Origin: Eledone cirrhosa | Lineage: Eukaryota | Direction: 5' to 3' | Length of the DNA stretch: 64,000 nucleotides | Assembly: GCA_964016885.1 (NCBI GenBank) | Contig: OZ024743.1 | Coordinates: forward strand, 6,634,001-6,698,000 | Shown: one piece after another, positions 13,112 through 27,686 of the stretch | How the letters are laid out: every line of letters starts with the position of its first letter | Numbering within the stretch: position 1 is the first letter of the stretch | Notes under the pieces: generated by a model | What the model saw: the letters and a program-made list of their open reading frames with translations, nothing else | Database searches by the model: none | What the model was told of the DNA's origin: nothing | Translations under genes and position numbers: made by a program

Positions 13112-15229
13112 ATAAGGAGAATCAGGTGGCGAGCATTCCACTTTGATAAATCTAATACAAACGAAAATGTCTCGGACTTAAACAAAGTTTTCAAATCTAA
13201 AAGAAATCCACCCCCTAACAAACTTTTATCTGACTTTGAAAACGATATAATTTCTATCATACAAGGGGTCAAATTCAAGAGAAACTTCAAAGGCCAGGAA
13301 TATCTGAAAGGCATTAAGGATAACATTGAGAGCTTAGAGAAAACTGAGAAGACCTTGGTGAAATCTGACAAGACCAACAACCTATATGGAGTGCAGAAAG
13401 ACATGTATAATGGCCTCATACTGAAAGAGCTGAGGAAAAAGTACAAGGTAGCAGATAAGGCCGAGCTTGAGAAAATGAATGTTGAAGCATCTTGTATAAT
13501 GCACGAGTTGGAAATTGAGAACAGAACACAACCTTTCGTGCCCAGGAAACCGAAGATCAATATGAAAGATCACAAGCGGAATTTTGAAAATGACCTGCCA
13601 GTTAGATTGATCGCACCATCAAAATCGGACCTGGGCAAATTAAGTAAAAACATTCTTGACAGGGTGATACAGCAAATTAAGAACTTGGATTGTTTATCTG
13701 ACCTGAGCTTGTGGAAGGGAACTGGAGAAGTCGTTGAGTGGTTTAAGCAAATTAAATATAACAATAATAATAAGTTTATTCAACTTGATATAGCTAATTA
13801 TTCTTCTTCTATTACCCCTAATCTACTAAATAAGGCACTAAATTACGCATTCAAACATACTGACCTAACTAGCAATGAAATGCATATTATATTATCGGCT
13901 AGGAAAACTTTGATAGAATTTAATGACAAACTATGGACCAGAGCAGATAGAGATAGCAATTTTGACATAACTATGGGATCATCCGACTCAGCTCAGGTAA
14001 CTGACCTTGTGGGCTTATTTTTAATCAATTCGCTACATAGGAAAATACCTGGTACTACCGGAGGTTTATATAGAGATGACATGCTTTTACTTATTGATAA
14101 TAATAACCCTGAACTAAATAGAAAATGTAAACAAATTACACAATTTTTTAATTACTTTAATCTTAAAATAGAAATTGAGAACAACCATAGAATAGTCAAT
14201 TTCCTAGATATAACATTAAATCTCAACACATGTCTTCACTATCCTTTTCACAAGTTGAATGAAAACTTAAACTATGTCAACTTTAACTCTAACCACCCCA
14301 GATCTGTCAAAAACACTATAGTAAACTCTGTTCAAAAACGTATCTCTAGGATCTCGTCGAATAGAAAGATTTTCGACGAAAAAGCCCAATACTATAATGA
14401 AGCATTAGCTAGAGCAGGATATGCTGATAAGATTGTGTACATAGATAATGATAGACAAACTAAACAAAGTATCAACTTTTTTAATTACGGCAACAACCTT
14501 AACAACTATAATAGAAAGCATTACAATAATTCCAAAGGCCAAAAAAGAAATAGAACTAGGAACATAATTTGGTTTGCCCCCCCTTTCTCACTAAACATTA
14601 AAACCCACATCGCTAAACTATTTTTCAAAGCTCTTGATAATCGCTTCCCTAGAACACATAGATATCACTCAATTTTCAATAGACATACAATAAAATTAAC
14701 CTACTCATCCACCAAAAATTTAGCACAAAATATTAATAGAATAAATAATAGGAACTTAAAACCTAGTGATAATAGCATAAATAATATACAAGTTAACAAA
14801 TGTAACTGTAGAGATAGATCTAAATGTCCGTTAAATAACAACTGCTTAGTTAAAAATATAGTATACAATTGTAATGTTAATACTGACTCTAATTCTTTTA
14901 ACTACGTCGGTTCCACATCGACGGAATTTAAACTTCGCTATAATAACCACAAGAATTCTTTCACAGATCCAAGCAAAAAATCTTCAACGGCACTATCAGG
15001 CGTACTCTGGCAACTTAAGCTAGATAACGTTAGATATTCGACGGCTTTGAATATAGTCTCAAGAGGGATTCCTTTTAATTCATCCTCTGAGACATGTGAC
15101 CTCTGCGCAGAGGAGATATTCTTTATACTAAAATCTAAAAATTCCCTTAATCTACGGACAAATTTATTCAGTTGTTGCAAACATAGATTAAACTCAACGT
15201 TTAAATATAAATTTAAATTTAAAATGTAG
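13112..15229 (+). CDS. PLE polyprotein, RT plus GIY-YIG endonuclease (Naiad-like), 5'-truncated with an uninterrupted frame
   Basis: IRWRAF, SDKT, LDIANY, MGS, GLYRDD, NFLD, CNC..CPL..C, IVY..YVG, CDLC, LN..CCKHR; frame is open upstream of the annotated 13355 start. Confidence 0.9.
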   Translation: MRRIRWRAFHFDKSNTNENVSDLNKVFKSKRNPPPNKLLSDFENDIISIIQGVKFKRNFKGQEYLKGIKDNIESLEKTEKTLVKSDKTNNLYGVQKDMYNGLILKELRKKYKVADKAELEKMNVEASCIMHELEIENRTQPFVPRKPKINMKDHKRNFENDLPVRLIAPSKSDLGKLSKNILDRVIQQIKNLDCLSDLSLWKGTGEVVEWFKQIKYNNNNKFIQLDIANYSSSITPNLLNKALNYAFKHTDLTSNEMHIILSARKTLIEFNDKLWTRADRDSNFDITMGSSDSAQVTDLVGLFLINSLHRKIPGTTGGLYRDDMLLLIDNNNPELNRKCKQITQFFNYFNLKIEIENNHRIVNFLDITLNLNTCLHYPFHKLNENLNYVNFNSNHPRSVKNTIVNSVQKRISRISSNRKIFDEKAQYYNEALARAGYADKIVYIDNDRQTKQSINFFNYGNNLNNYNRKHYNNSKGQKRNRTRNIIWFAPPFSLNIKTHIAKLFFKALDNRFPRTHRYHSIFNRHTIKLTYSSTKNLAQNINRINNRNLKPSDNSINNIQVNKCNCRDRSKCPLNNNCLVKNIVYNCNVNTDSNSFNYVGSTSTEFKLRYNNHKNSFTDPSKKSSTALSGVLWQLKLDNVRYSTALNIVSRGIPFNSSSETCDLCAEEIFFILKSKNSLNLRTNLFSCCKHRLNSTFKYKFKFKM

Positions 15230-15707
15230 TATATTTAGTTTGATTTATATGTATATGGGAAACTAGCCGATAAATCTTTGATTCCTTCTTTTTATTCTTT
15301 TTTCTTTTTTATTTTTATTTTATTTTTATTTAAACATTCCTCATGAAAAATTAAGCTACCCTAAAAGCTGATGCTCCAAATATTTCGAATAAACGTTACA
15401 CTAGATAAACTTCTATATTAAATATAAGAACACATGTAGACCAAATTGGGCATCCTAAACTTTTTGAAATGATCTTTGCTAGATGTGATTTGATAGATAA
15501 TTTTTGGCTTTGTCTGTTTTTCGACTCTGATGCTTATAATGAACTTGGCAATATATTGTCAATTAATTTTGAAGGGTTGATCTTTGTGGTTTATTTTTAT
15601 TTTTTATTTTTTATTATTGTAGTATTTTCTAATATTTTTATTTTTAATATTTTTAATATGTAAATTTTTTAATATGTAATATTTTTAATATGTAATATTC
15701 TTTCGTA

Positions 15708-15740
<33 letters not shown>

Positions 15741-16611
15741 TTTTTTAGTTTTCTATTTTATTATTACTTATTATTATTATTGTTATTTTTTAGTTTTGTT
15801 TCTGATATATATTTTTATTAGTATATTGAAATCTGCTCTCTATTTCTGCTTGATAGATAATCTTGTAGAGTAAAGACAGGAATAATAATACACATATATG
15901 TATACTCAAATTTTTATACCACATTGAGAATGTTTTCCGTGAACTTAGGGTTTGCAGAGTTGATCATGTAGATTCAGATGTTTGTAGCTATCACATAAAC
16001 ATATGAATTTAAAAAAAAAACTAAACATAAGATCATTAATTTTCACACACTATGGATACTTGTCTCATTCAGGAATACTGATATTTACAATATAGTGGAT
16101 GTTTTATAAATACTAATACCTCTACATTAAAACATAGGGTTTTTACGCCTCGCATATATCTGGTTATTTTTAAATTTTTTTTCTCGCTATATTTTTTCTC
16201 TCTCTATATTTTTTTTTCTCTATATTATATATCTCCCTTACATTAATACTAGAGCTAAATAAATAAATAAATAAATAAATGTATCATTGATACATTTACT
16301 CAACAGACCTCCCACTACCTAATTTTCTATATATATATGTATCTATCTCTATTTCCTCTCTCTATATATATATATATCTCTTTCTGTTTCTTTACATGAA
16401 GTTCTTCTCTTTATCTATCTTTCCATCTCTCTATTTTGTTCCATGCATTTCTTCTTTTTCTTCCTTTTCTTCGTTTTCTGTCTTTCTTTCTTTTTTCTCT
16501 CTTTCTTTCTCTCTGTGTACAATTTTTTCACTGCCAAATCAACCTCTTCAAATGCAAGTCGATGTTGTTACGGTATGTCGAATCTATTTATCTATAAAAC
16601 TGTTTATATTG

Positions 16612-16677
16612 TATTTTGTCTGAGGAAGGCATAGCATATTGTTAATATGATATCCCTGAAATATATATAATGAAATA
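16612..16677 (+). ncRNA. Hammerhead ribozyme in the Naiad 3' pLTR; mirror at 10221-10286(-)
   Basis: uauuuugu-CUGAGGA-agg(cauauu g uaauaug)ccu-GAAA-uauaua-UA-augaaaua. Confidence 0.75.
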
Positions 16678-16805
16678 AATATGGTTTTATAAATATAGTT
16701 TCCATTTATTTAATATTGTAAATATACTCCAAATATTTGTCGAGTGCTTTTATATCAGTTATAAATATTTACTAGTTGTAACCGAACGATTTTAAATATA
16801 ACTTT

Positions 16806-16843
<38 letters not shown>

Positions 16844-16973
16844 GTGAGGTTTTTTTTACAAAATGAAAAATAACCGAGGTGTCCTACACGAGTGAAAGTA
16901 TAAAGAAAAAGAGATGAAATCGAAAATGCAACTGGAGTCTTATTTTTTTTTAAATATATATATTTATTTGGTT

Positions 16974-17011
16974 CCTTTACCGGTTTCGCAGTTCTTCTGC
17001 TTTTCAAAAGG
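16974..17011 (-). ncRNA. Minimal hammerhead with U3-A8 core; second copy at 58931-58967
   Basis: ccuu-UUGAAAA-gcag aagaa cugc-GAAAC-cg-GUA-aagg. Confidence 0.7.
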
Positions 17012-17062
17012 TGAGTTGAGATGGAGGGTCTGTGGTTTTTCTCACATATATATGGTTTTTCT

Positions 17063-17127
<65 letters not shown>

Positions 17128-17380
17128 TGTGTGTGTGTCTGTGTGTGTACACCCCATGACAGCTTTGATATGTCAATTTCATACATCTGCTTCGTATCAA
17201 CTCGTTTTACATGCTAAAGTCATCAGTATACTCTATTTCTTACTTAGATTAATGTGATTATTTTAACTATTTACGGTCTAGCTAATTTATTCGAGTATTG
17301 TTAGTATTGTTATTATTGTTCTGATTTAATGCCACTACTATATATAGAAGCCATGCCTGTATATTCCCTTCATTCTCGCA

Positions 17381-17488
17381 TGCTCTGATGAATTGACTGG
17401 TTATAACAAAGTGTTGGTGATCGATTGACGCAAAAACAAGCGGGTAGCGATCTCTAGACCTACCAGTTCAGAGAAACAATTGTCAGCA
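17381..17488 (+). ncRNA. Hammerhead ribozyme with a long stem II insert
   Basis: ugcu-CUGAUGA-(ugacugg..ccaguuca)-GAAAC-aauu-GUC-agca. Confidence 0.8.
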
Positions 17489-17537
17489 ATGTGAATAAAG
17501 CCCTGATTGTATAGCAAACCATGTCACTCTTCTTTCT

Positions 17538-17655
<118 letters not shown>

Positions 17656-17847
17656 TCAGAGCAAACAGCACGGACACTCTATCTCAAAATTATTTTTGAA
17701 AAGCATTTAGAAATGCGCAACCGGTAAAAACTTAAAAACTTAAAACCACAACTGAATACTAACCCATACAATCACTAATACTCTTTTATTCCTAATTAAA
17801 CCATTTTTCAACTGTGAACAATTTGTCAGCATTTTCTATTCCGTTTA

Positions 17848-17904
<57 letters not shown>

Positions 17905-17908
17905 TGCT

Positions 17909-17970
<62 letters not shown>

Positions 17971-17972
<2 letters not shown>

Positions 17973-18159
17973 CGAAGGAAAAGTGGTAAGGAACCAGGTG
18001 GACCATAACGCACCAAAGTATTCAATACTTAGGGTAGTAGAGTGGGTAATAGGAGTAAGTAAGACCCCGACGGCTGAGCTCAAGCCGTTTCGACGGCTAA
18101 TTCTGTACAGAATTAGCCGTCGAAACGACTTGAGCTCAGCCGTCGGGGTCTTACTTACT

Positions 18160-18164
<5 letters not shown>
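17971..18164. repeat. Fold-back of a Naiad-family pLTR 3' end (116-bp palindrome at 18049-18164) in (TA)n
   Basis: One mismatch; centre TGTACA at 18106/18107. Confidence 0.85.
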
Positions 18165-18208
<44 letters not shown>

Positions 18209-19849
18209 ACATCTCTCCTCTTCCGACCACCGCTTCTTGGATTACCCACACGCGTTTTGACTTCCAACCAAAATCTCCATACATCCGTGTAACTTACCAC
18301 TTTTCAACCATCCTCTTACACCACCACCTATATAATTCACTCACACACACATCCCAAAACAATTTTTTTTATCCACACGCCACCCACACCCACAACACGC
18401 TTAAACCACACACACGTGCTTCCCACCACATATTTACACCCTCAGCCCCCTGATTCCTCTCCCCCCACCCCCCTATCCACACACGCACAGACCCTCCGAC
18501 CCACAAAAACACCCCCCACACACACCTTCCTGAACATGCAACCCCGTTCTTCCCCCAACCCTCACTTTCACATACACACACACACACACACACGCACACC
18601 TAACCACACACACCACCTTCAGCCCTCCCCGCTCGGACACCCCGTCTCCCTCTCCCCACTCCACCCGCCACCACCTCTACTCACCCCACACTCTTCCACC
18701 ACCTGTTTACCCCCCTTTTAATTTCAGTTTATTTTGATCATGCCTTTATTTTTAAATTTTCTCATTCCTTGTATTTTGATCATGCTTTATTTTTATTTAT
18801 TTCCCCTACACACCTTTTGAACTCTCACCTGAAGAAGGGCTTATGCCCGAAACGTCGTCCCCCACCTACCCCCCACTCTCCTGAGCGTGAATTTAATAAA
18901 CATTTATCGTACTGCCTCTCTGTTCTGTCCCTGTTCAATTTTTCATTATATATATATATATATATATATATAAAGAGCAATATGTATTTTTGTAAAGGTG
19001 CACGGTGGTTGCAAACTGAAGGGCTTCTCTAGGCGGTACACACTCTAGCTACGTCACTATAAATGCACCCACTACATGCTGTAAAGTGGTTGGTCATATG
19101 AAAGGCATTCAGTTGTAGAGAGCTTGCTACACAAAGGGTTGAAGTGAAAGTTGTGTGAAAGACATGACAACCTCTCTTGTGTTGGTTTACTTCGTAGAAC
19201 GTTGGACTGTACATAAGATGCTGACCTCTGGCTTGTCTGGGAGGTCAGTAGCCCTGTTTCAGTACTGACTTGTCTATGAAGATCCGTCCGACCGTTGCTA
19301 GGATATAAATATAATATATTCACGAAGGAAAATAAAGAAAAAGAACTTTTTTTTCGTTAGGAAAAAATATTTTTCTTCGGTAGCGAGGCTACCCATATGT
19401 GTATTATGTGTGTATATAAACGTATTATATATGTTTATATATGTTTTTTTATATAACGCTTTTGGTGAAACTGTCGCTACTTTTTGTAATTATCAGCATT
19501 TTGGGGGTGTTTTTACTGAATGATCTGATTGTCAATTGTTTGATGTTTGCTGTATTAATTTTTGTTGATGACTATAATTAATTTGTGCGATATATAAATA
19601 ACCATGATGACTTTATTGGATGATTTGATGATTGTTAAATTGATGATCATATTGAACTATTGTTGACAGCCCTGAGGAATTTGTTCAATTTTTATCACCT
19701 CTCTACCGAATTCGGTGGAGATATACTCTGCAACTGATTAACCCTAGTTAGCATTCAGTAGGACAGTGTGTGGCACGATGTTGCAGTACCATACATTGCT
19801 TGATGCACCTCGTGGTATTGTGATTTCGTAAAGCTATTAATATTATATA

Positions 19850-20430
19850 CTAGCAGTGGTACTCGGCGTTGCACGGGATAAGGTATTTTGGAACGCGGGC
19901 CGCCAACAGACCTAATCGTGGAAAAACTGCATGCCTGGACAATATATAAAGAAAATAAACCGAATACTCTGATGGCTGGATAATCTTTAAGATTTTCCTC
20001 GATGAAGCAGGAAAAATGCAGGTTTTCACCTAATGTCGGCTAGGATTCAAGAAAATGAATTTTTTTTATGTGCATAATATGCCTTGAAATTTCGGGCAGC
20101 AGACAGATATTATAAGGGCGCGTTCTGGACGGAGAGGGAATTGTGGGAAGTGACGTATTGCAGACCGTCAAACATACAGACAGATATTATAAGGGCGTGA
20201 CGTTATATGTATGTATCTATCTAAAAAGAGAAAGACTAAGAATTATAGAGAGAGATCGCTAAATCGCCTAAAGCTGTCCTAGGGCATTGAAAATTTGAAA
20301 TTTCTTTTTGCTCAGAACACTCCCTGAAACATAGGTATTACATGTGTAAAGTTTGAAAATAGTCGGTTGGGTGGTTCTCGAGTTTTAGGGATTCAAACTC
20401 ACACACACACAGACAGACATCCTCAGTTTT
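19850..20430 (+). mobile_element. Lep1/HINE-like non-autonomous rolling-circle element
   Basis: ACTAGC..CTCGGCGTTGCACGGG start; AAAATAGTCGGTTG..GGTT..CAGACAGACA end; resemblance from memory only. Confidence 0.45.
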
Positions 20431-20541
20431 GGTTCATCTGAATCATTGAGCACTTGCCGCACATCTCGGAGGTTGTTTTTCGTTATTTCGTGGCCCGAAA
20501 TGCGAATCTCGATAATTTATGTTTGTATATATAGATATATG

Positions 20542-22911
<2,370 letters not shown>

Positions 22912-23581
22912 CTAAGGGAAATATAGAATGGTAAATAAGACAATATACTTGCCAACATCCACAGCGACGTCCAATGCGACAGACATGCTGAGAAGGACAT
23001 GTTGAAATCACGTTAAACCCAAGGCAAATAGATATCAACAAGGTGGACGTTAACTCCGCTAGAAATAGGAGCAGGGATTATAGTCACCGAACTCACAAGT
23101 TTAGAGATTTGGGGCCGTTAAATACAAATAATGAATCAAAACATCAAATGTGTTTAGAATTTTATGTTTCTCCTATAAGAGTTCACTTATCATTCCACCC
23201 GTGTACATATTCTTCTATAGAATATGTATTTGGTATATATATACAATATGCCGAGCTTCTTATACGATATATGACTCTTTCTCTATATATACATATATCT
23301 TTTTCATTTGGTTATCTGCTAATATGCAAATCAAGCCAGTCAGTCACTGTTGTAGCTCTTTCAGTTGGCAGGTGAACAGTCAACTGTACTGATGAAGACA
23401 TTAGTATCTGCAGTTCTGTTTACATGCCAACAGAAGAGCAAGAATGAGGGGCTCATTCTACTCACATGGCTTTAAAAATGAGGTGTGTTTGCATAATTGC
23501 AAACGAATCGAATATTATTATTAATATTCGAAAAACTCAAATTACATTTATTGTATTCAGCCATGTAGAGCGAAAATTTTG

Positions 23582-23662
<81 letters not shown>

Positions 23663-23839
23663 GAATGTGGAGAAGTGACACACGAGTTGATATATATATA
23701 ATAGAAAAATAGAAAATGCAAAAGGGGTTTTCTCGCAGAATAACAGCAAAACTTTTATTTACAAAATAGGAATTTTTGTTATTCTGAGAGAAAATCCTTT
23801 CAGCATTTTCTACTGTTTTTTTTCTTTTTTACTATTATA

Positions 23840-23907
<68 letters not shown>

Positions 23908-23910
<3 letters not shown>

Positions 23911-26900
23911 AGGAGGTTATAGTTCACTTGAAGCATTGTGTAATGAGGTATAAACGTTTGTATATGTATAATAAAGCCAAAACAATGCAGATATGGACAT
24001 AGAATAAAGAATGCAAATGCAAAAGATATTGTTGACAATTTGTCTTTTACCTTAGATTTATTTAAATGCCCTAAATTTTCGAGATAATATCTCTTCTTCA
24101 GAGGGAATAAAGTTGTCAAACCAGCGTTCTAAAAACCTTTCCAAGTCATGCTGACAGGAAATGGTATAGAGTATCTGTTCTATCTCTAATTTCAAAGAGT
24201 TAAGATTAGGTGGATAAAGAGTAGTCTCCCTTTAAGAGGGGTTTGTTTATGTTTTTTTGTTTTGTTTTTTGTTGTTGTTGTTTTGTACATGCCTGTTTAA
24301 GTGTGTTGGAGAATGCATGAGGGTGTAAGTACGCGAGTGTGTGTGTGTGAGTGTGAGAAGATATGTCTATACGTAAATGTGGGGGATAGATGTTATCTCG
24401 TGTTAGAACAGGTTTAGTGTGTGTATGTGTGAGAGAGAATAAGTGGAGGTGTAATCGTGTGTGTGTGTGTGTGTGTGCGTGCGTGTGTGCGTGTGGGGTG
24501 TGTGTAAATATGGGGCTAGGAGCTCTATCAAGTTATAAATTGGGTGTTAAGTTCTAGTCTATTATTAATTGGTCGTTGTGTTTTGTCTATAATTAGTGCT
24601 TCCTTAATTCTAAGATTGCCGAGGTTTCTTTCCTTAGTTTCTATCCTAACTGTTATGGTTTTGTCGGTGTTTTTGCATTTAACTAGGTGTTTCTTAAATG
24701 AGCTTGAAGAAAAACTCTCGAGGCTAAAACATTCCATATTTAACATCTTACGGAAACAGAAGAAGATAGCCCCAAACCTCTCCAGGACACAACAACTCGC
24801 CCTGAAGAACCTACGGAATAGGGAACTTATATACTTACCATCCGACAAAGGTAAAGAGTTTTGCGTCATCTCTCAAGCCACATACAACAACCTAGCCTTT
24901 GAACACCTAAGCGACAATGAATTATACACAGAGATCCCGAACATGACCGCAGCCCAGATCGAAAAACAGACCAACTCCATCTGGTTCGATATCTGTAGGA
25001 GAAGACAACTCCCTAATAAAGTTAAGCTCAACTACACCACTAGAAATAACAGACTGCCCACTTTCTACCACCTCATCAAGACCCACAAGAATAGCACCAA
25101 TACGCAAATAAGACCCATCGTCTCTAGCATAGAAGGACCCCTATACAAAATTTCCTGGCTCCTCTCCCAGGTCCTCAAACCTCTACTCTCCACCTTTCCC
25201 GGGGATGTCAGTAGCTCCGAGGAAGTTATACGTAGACTACACCAACTCCAGCCAGAACAACTTAAACTAAATAGTTACGCCTTTAGCCTCGACGTTGTCT
25301 CCCTCTACACTACAGTCCCCGCTCATCCAGCTGTCGATTTATTGACGGACTGCGTGGTCGCAGAGGACATCCACTGCTACGGCCTCCATCCGATGGATAC
25401 ACCAGCTTTTGTCCTTCTCAGTAGACAACACGTACTTCACCTTCCACCACCACACATACAGACAGACAACAGGATTACCCATGGGATCCAGCCTATCGGG
25501 CCTGCTGGCCATCACCTACATGAACCAGCTAGAATGCCGAGCCCTCAACACCTGCCATTCCCATACCTTCTTCACCCGATATGTAGATGACATACTCATC
25601 CTTATATCATCCCGTGAGGAGGCAGATAAAATATACACAACATTCTCCAGCATGGACGCCAGTATAAAGTTCAGCATGGAACATCCCGATGACCGCGGAT
25701 CCCTATCCCTGCTGGACTTCCAACTCAGGGTAACAGAGGAAGGCAACATCCACACCTGCTTCTATAAAAAAGCCACCAACAGGGACCTGTTCGTACATTT
25801 CAGATCTGCCCTCCCACTCGGTGCCAAGTTCGGATACATAAGGAGCGAATTGGCACGTATCCGGAACAAATGCACCGACGCCAGAGACCGAGACACACAC
25901 ACCACACATTTCCTGGAAGTACTCAAACTGAACGGATACACAACATCCACCACAAACCGTGCCAGAATGAACAGAGGACACCACACCCGAGGCACTAACA
26001 CTTGCTTCCTGAAGCTCCCACACTTCAGTGAAGAAACAACAACAGCCATCCGCAGAGCTATCAGACGGGAGGGACTAGATATCCAACTGGCCCACTCAGG
26101 TCCTTCTCTACACGGACAGCTAACCAAAAGACACTCCACCAGACATGACAACTGCTGCAGACTAGCCAACTGCCCCATCAACGACACAGACCTATGCCAC
26201 CAGGCTTACGTCGTATACAGACTAGAGTGTGACAAATGCAACAACTTCTACGTAGGTAGCACCACCAGACCACTCCACATAAGAATAAAAGAACACCTCA
26301 ATACTAACGCTTCCTCATTTAACAAACACCTAGTTAAATGCAAAAACACCGACAAAACCATAACAGTTAGGATAGAAACTAAGGAAAGAAACCTCGGCAA
26401 TCTTAGAATTAAGGAAGCACTAATTATAGACAAAACACAACCACCAATTAATAATAGACTAGAACTCAACACCCAATTTATAACTTGATAGAGCTCCTAG
26501 CCCCATATTTACACACACCCCACACGCACACACGCACGCACGCACACACACACACACACACGATTACACCTCCACTTATTCTCTCTCACACATACACACA
26601 CTAAACCTGTTCTAACACGAGATAACATCTATCCCCCACATTTACGTATAGACATATCTTCTCACACTCACACACACACACTCACGTACTTACACCCTCA
26701 TGCATTCTCCAACTCACTTAAACAGGCATGTACAAAAAACAACAACAAAAAACAAACAAAAAACATAAACAAACCCCTCTTAAAGGGAGACTACTCTTTA
26801 TCCACCTAATCTTAACTCTTTGAAATTAGAGATAGAACAGATACTCTATACCATTTCCTGTCAGCATGGCTTGGAAAGGTTTTTAGAACGCTGGTTTGAC

Positions 26901-27059
26901 AACTTAATTCCCTCTGAAGAAGAGATATTATCTCGAAAATTTAGGACATTTAAATAAATCTAAGGTAAAAGACAAATTGTCAACAATATCTTTTGCATTT
27001 GCATTCTTTATTCTATGTCCATACCTGCATTGTTTTGGCTTTATTATACATATACAAAC

Positions 27060-27066
<7 letters not shown>
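23908..27066. mobile_element. Neptune/Nematis-like PLE as a head-to-head inverted dimer (arms 23949-24702 and 26314-27066) in (TA)n
   Basis: ~750-bp inverted arms carrying the endonuclease C-terminus, 3' UTR and a minimal HHR (24069-24105 -, 26910-26945 +). Confidence 0.9.
24691..26488 (+). pseudogene. PLE RT + GIY-YIG ORF, 5'-truncated, one frameshift near 25400
   Basis: SDKG, IKTHK, RPIVS, LDVVSLYT, GLPMGS, RYVDD, LLDF, VVYRLEC..FYVGST..RIKEH, EALII..INN. Confidence 0.88.
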
Positions 27067-27097
<31 letters not shown>

Positions 27098-27235
27098 TGT
27101 GTTGTGGTGGTAGTGCCGGTAACGTGTGGACGCGCGTATGAGTAAGCCCACACACGTGAGTACACACACAACTACGCATATATATGTCAGACACGCAGAC
27201 TTAAAACATCCTGTTGTTAGTCACTGCGTGTCTAA

Positions 27236-27328
<93 letters not shown>

Positions 27329-27499
27329 TGACCTGTTTAGCGACTACGAAACTGTCGAAGTCGTCGTTTATGATTTACATAATAAGCTGTGTACCTAAGA
27401 CGAAGGTAGGCTGTAAATAAAATAAGAAGAAAAAAATAGTAATAAAAAGATAACCACAATATACAGTTGTACTTATGTACCATAATTATAAATCGTTAT

Positions 27500-27686
27500 G
27501 GTGGATTGGCAGTACCGGTAGAGGGTCGGACGCTATGTTTGACGCATGGAGTTACGGCCCTTGCCATTCTGAGTTCAAATCCCGCCGAGGTTAACTTTGC
27601 CTTTCATCCTTACGGGGTCGATAAAATAAAGTACCAGTAATGCACTGGGTAATTGCTGGCCTTGTGCCAAAAGTAGAAACAGTTAT
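27500..27686 (+). mobile_element. tRNA-derived SINE (dominant family); further copies at 43612-43797, 43812-44035, 49298-49474, 55118-55250, 61240-61415, 62216-62400
   Basis: TGGCAGTATCGGTAGAG A box, GAGTTCAAATCC B box, common body. Confidence 0.85.

Larger units (their letters stand above)
10178..16808. mobile_element. Naiad-like Penelope element as a head-to-head inverted dimer (arms 10178-13093 and 13810-16720) in (TA)n
   Basis: ~2.9-kb near-identical inverted arms, each ending in an HHR and a (TA)n flank. Confidence 0.92.

Noticed and set aside
13094-13560. N-terminal 155 aa of the 629-aa minus ORF
   Set aside because: Antisense read-through of the plus-strand PLE ORF across the inversion junction
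13112-16600. Selenoprotein-type Naiad (in-frame UGA plus SECIS)
   Set aside because: Cys positions use TGT/TGC, there is no in-frame TGA, and no convincing SECIS was seen
10178-16720. DNA transposon with long TIRs
   Set aside because: The arms are the retroelement's own ORF and 3' UTR; no transposase
23385-23540. Hammerheads at CTGATGA (23389) and CTGAGGA (19672), and a remnant at ~29515-29550
   Set aside because: Could not close stems I and III with a GAAA..NUH; at best decayed
24544-24690. Hydrophobic N-terminus of the 348-aa ORF
   Set aside because: Antisense of the inverted arm, not a signal or TM segment
27505-27590. tRNA genes
   Set aside because: A/B boxes belong to degenerate SINE heads; no intact cloverleaf
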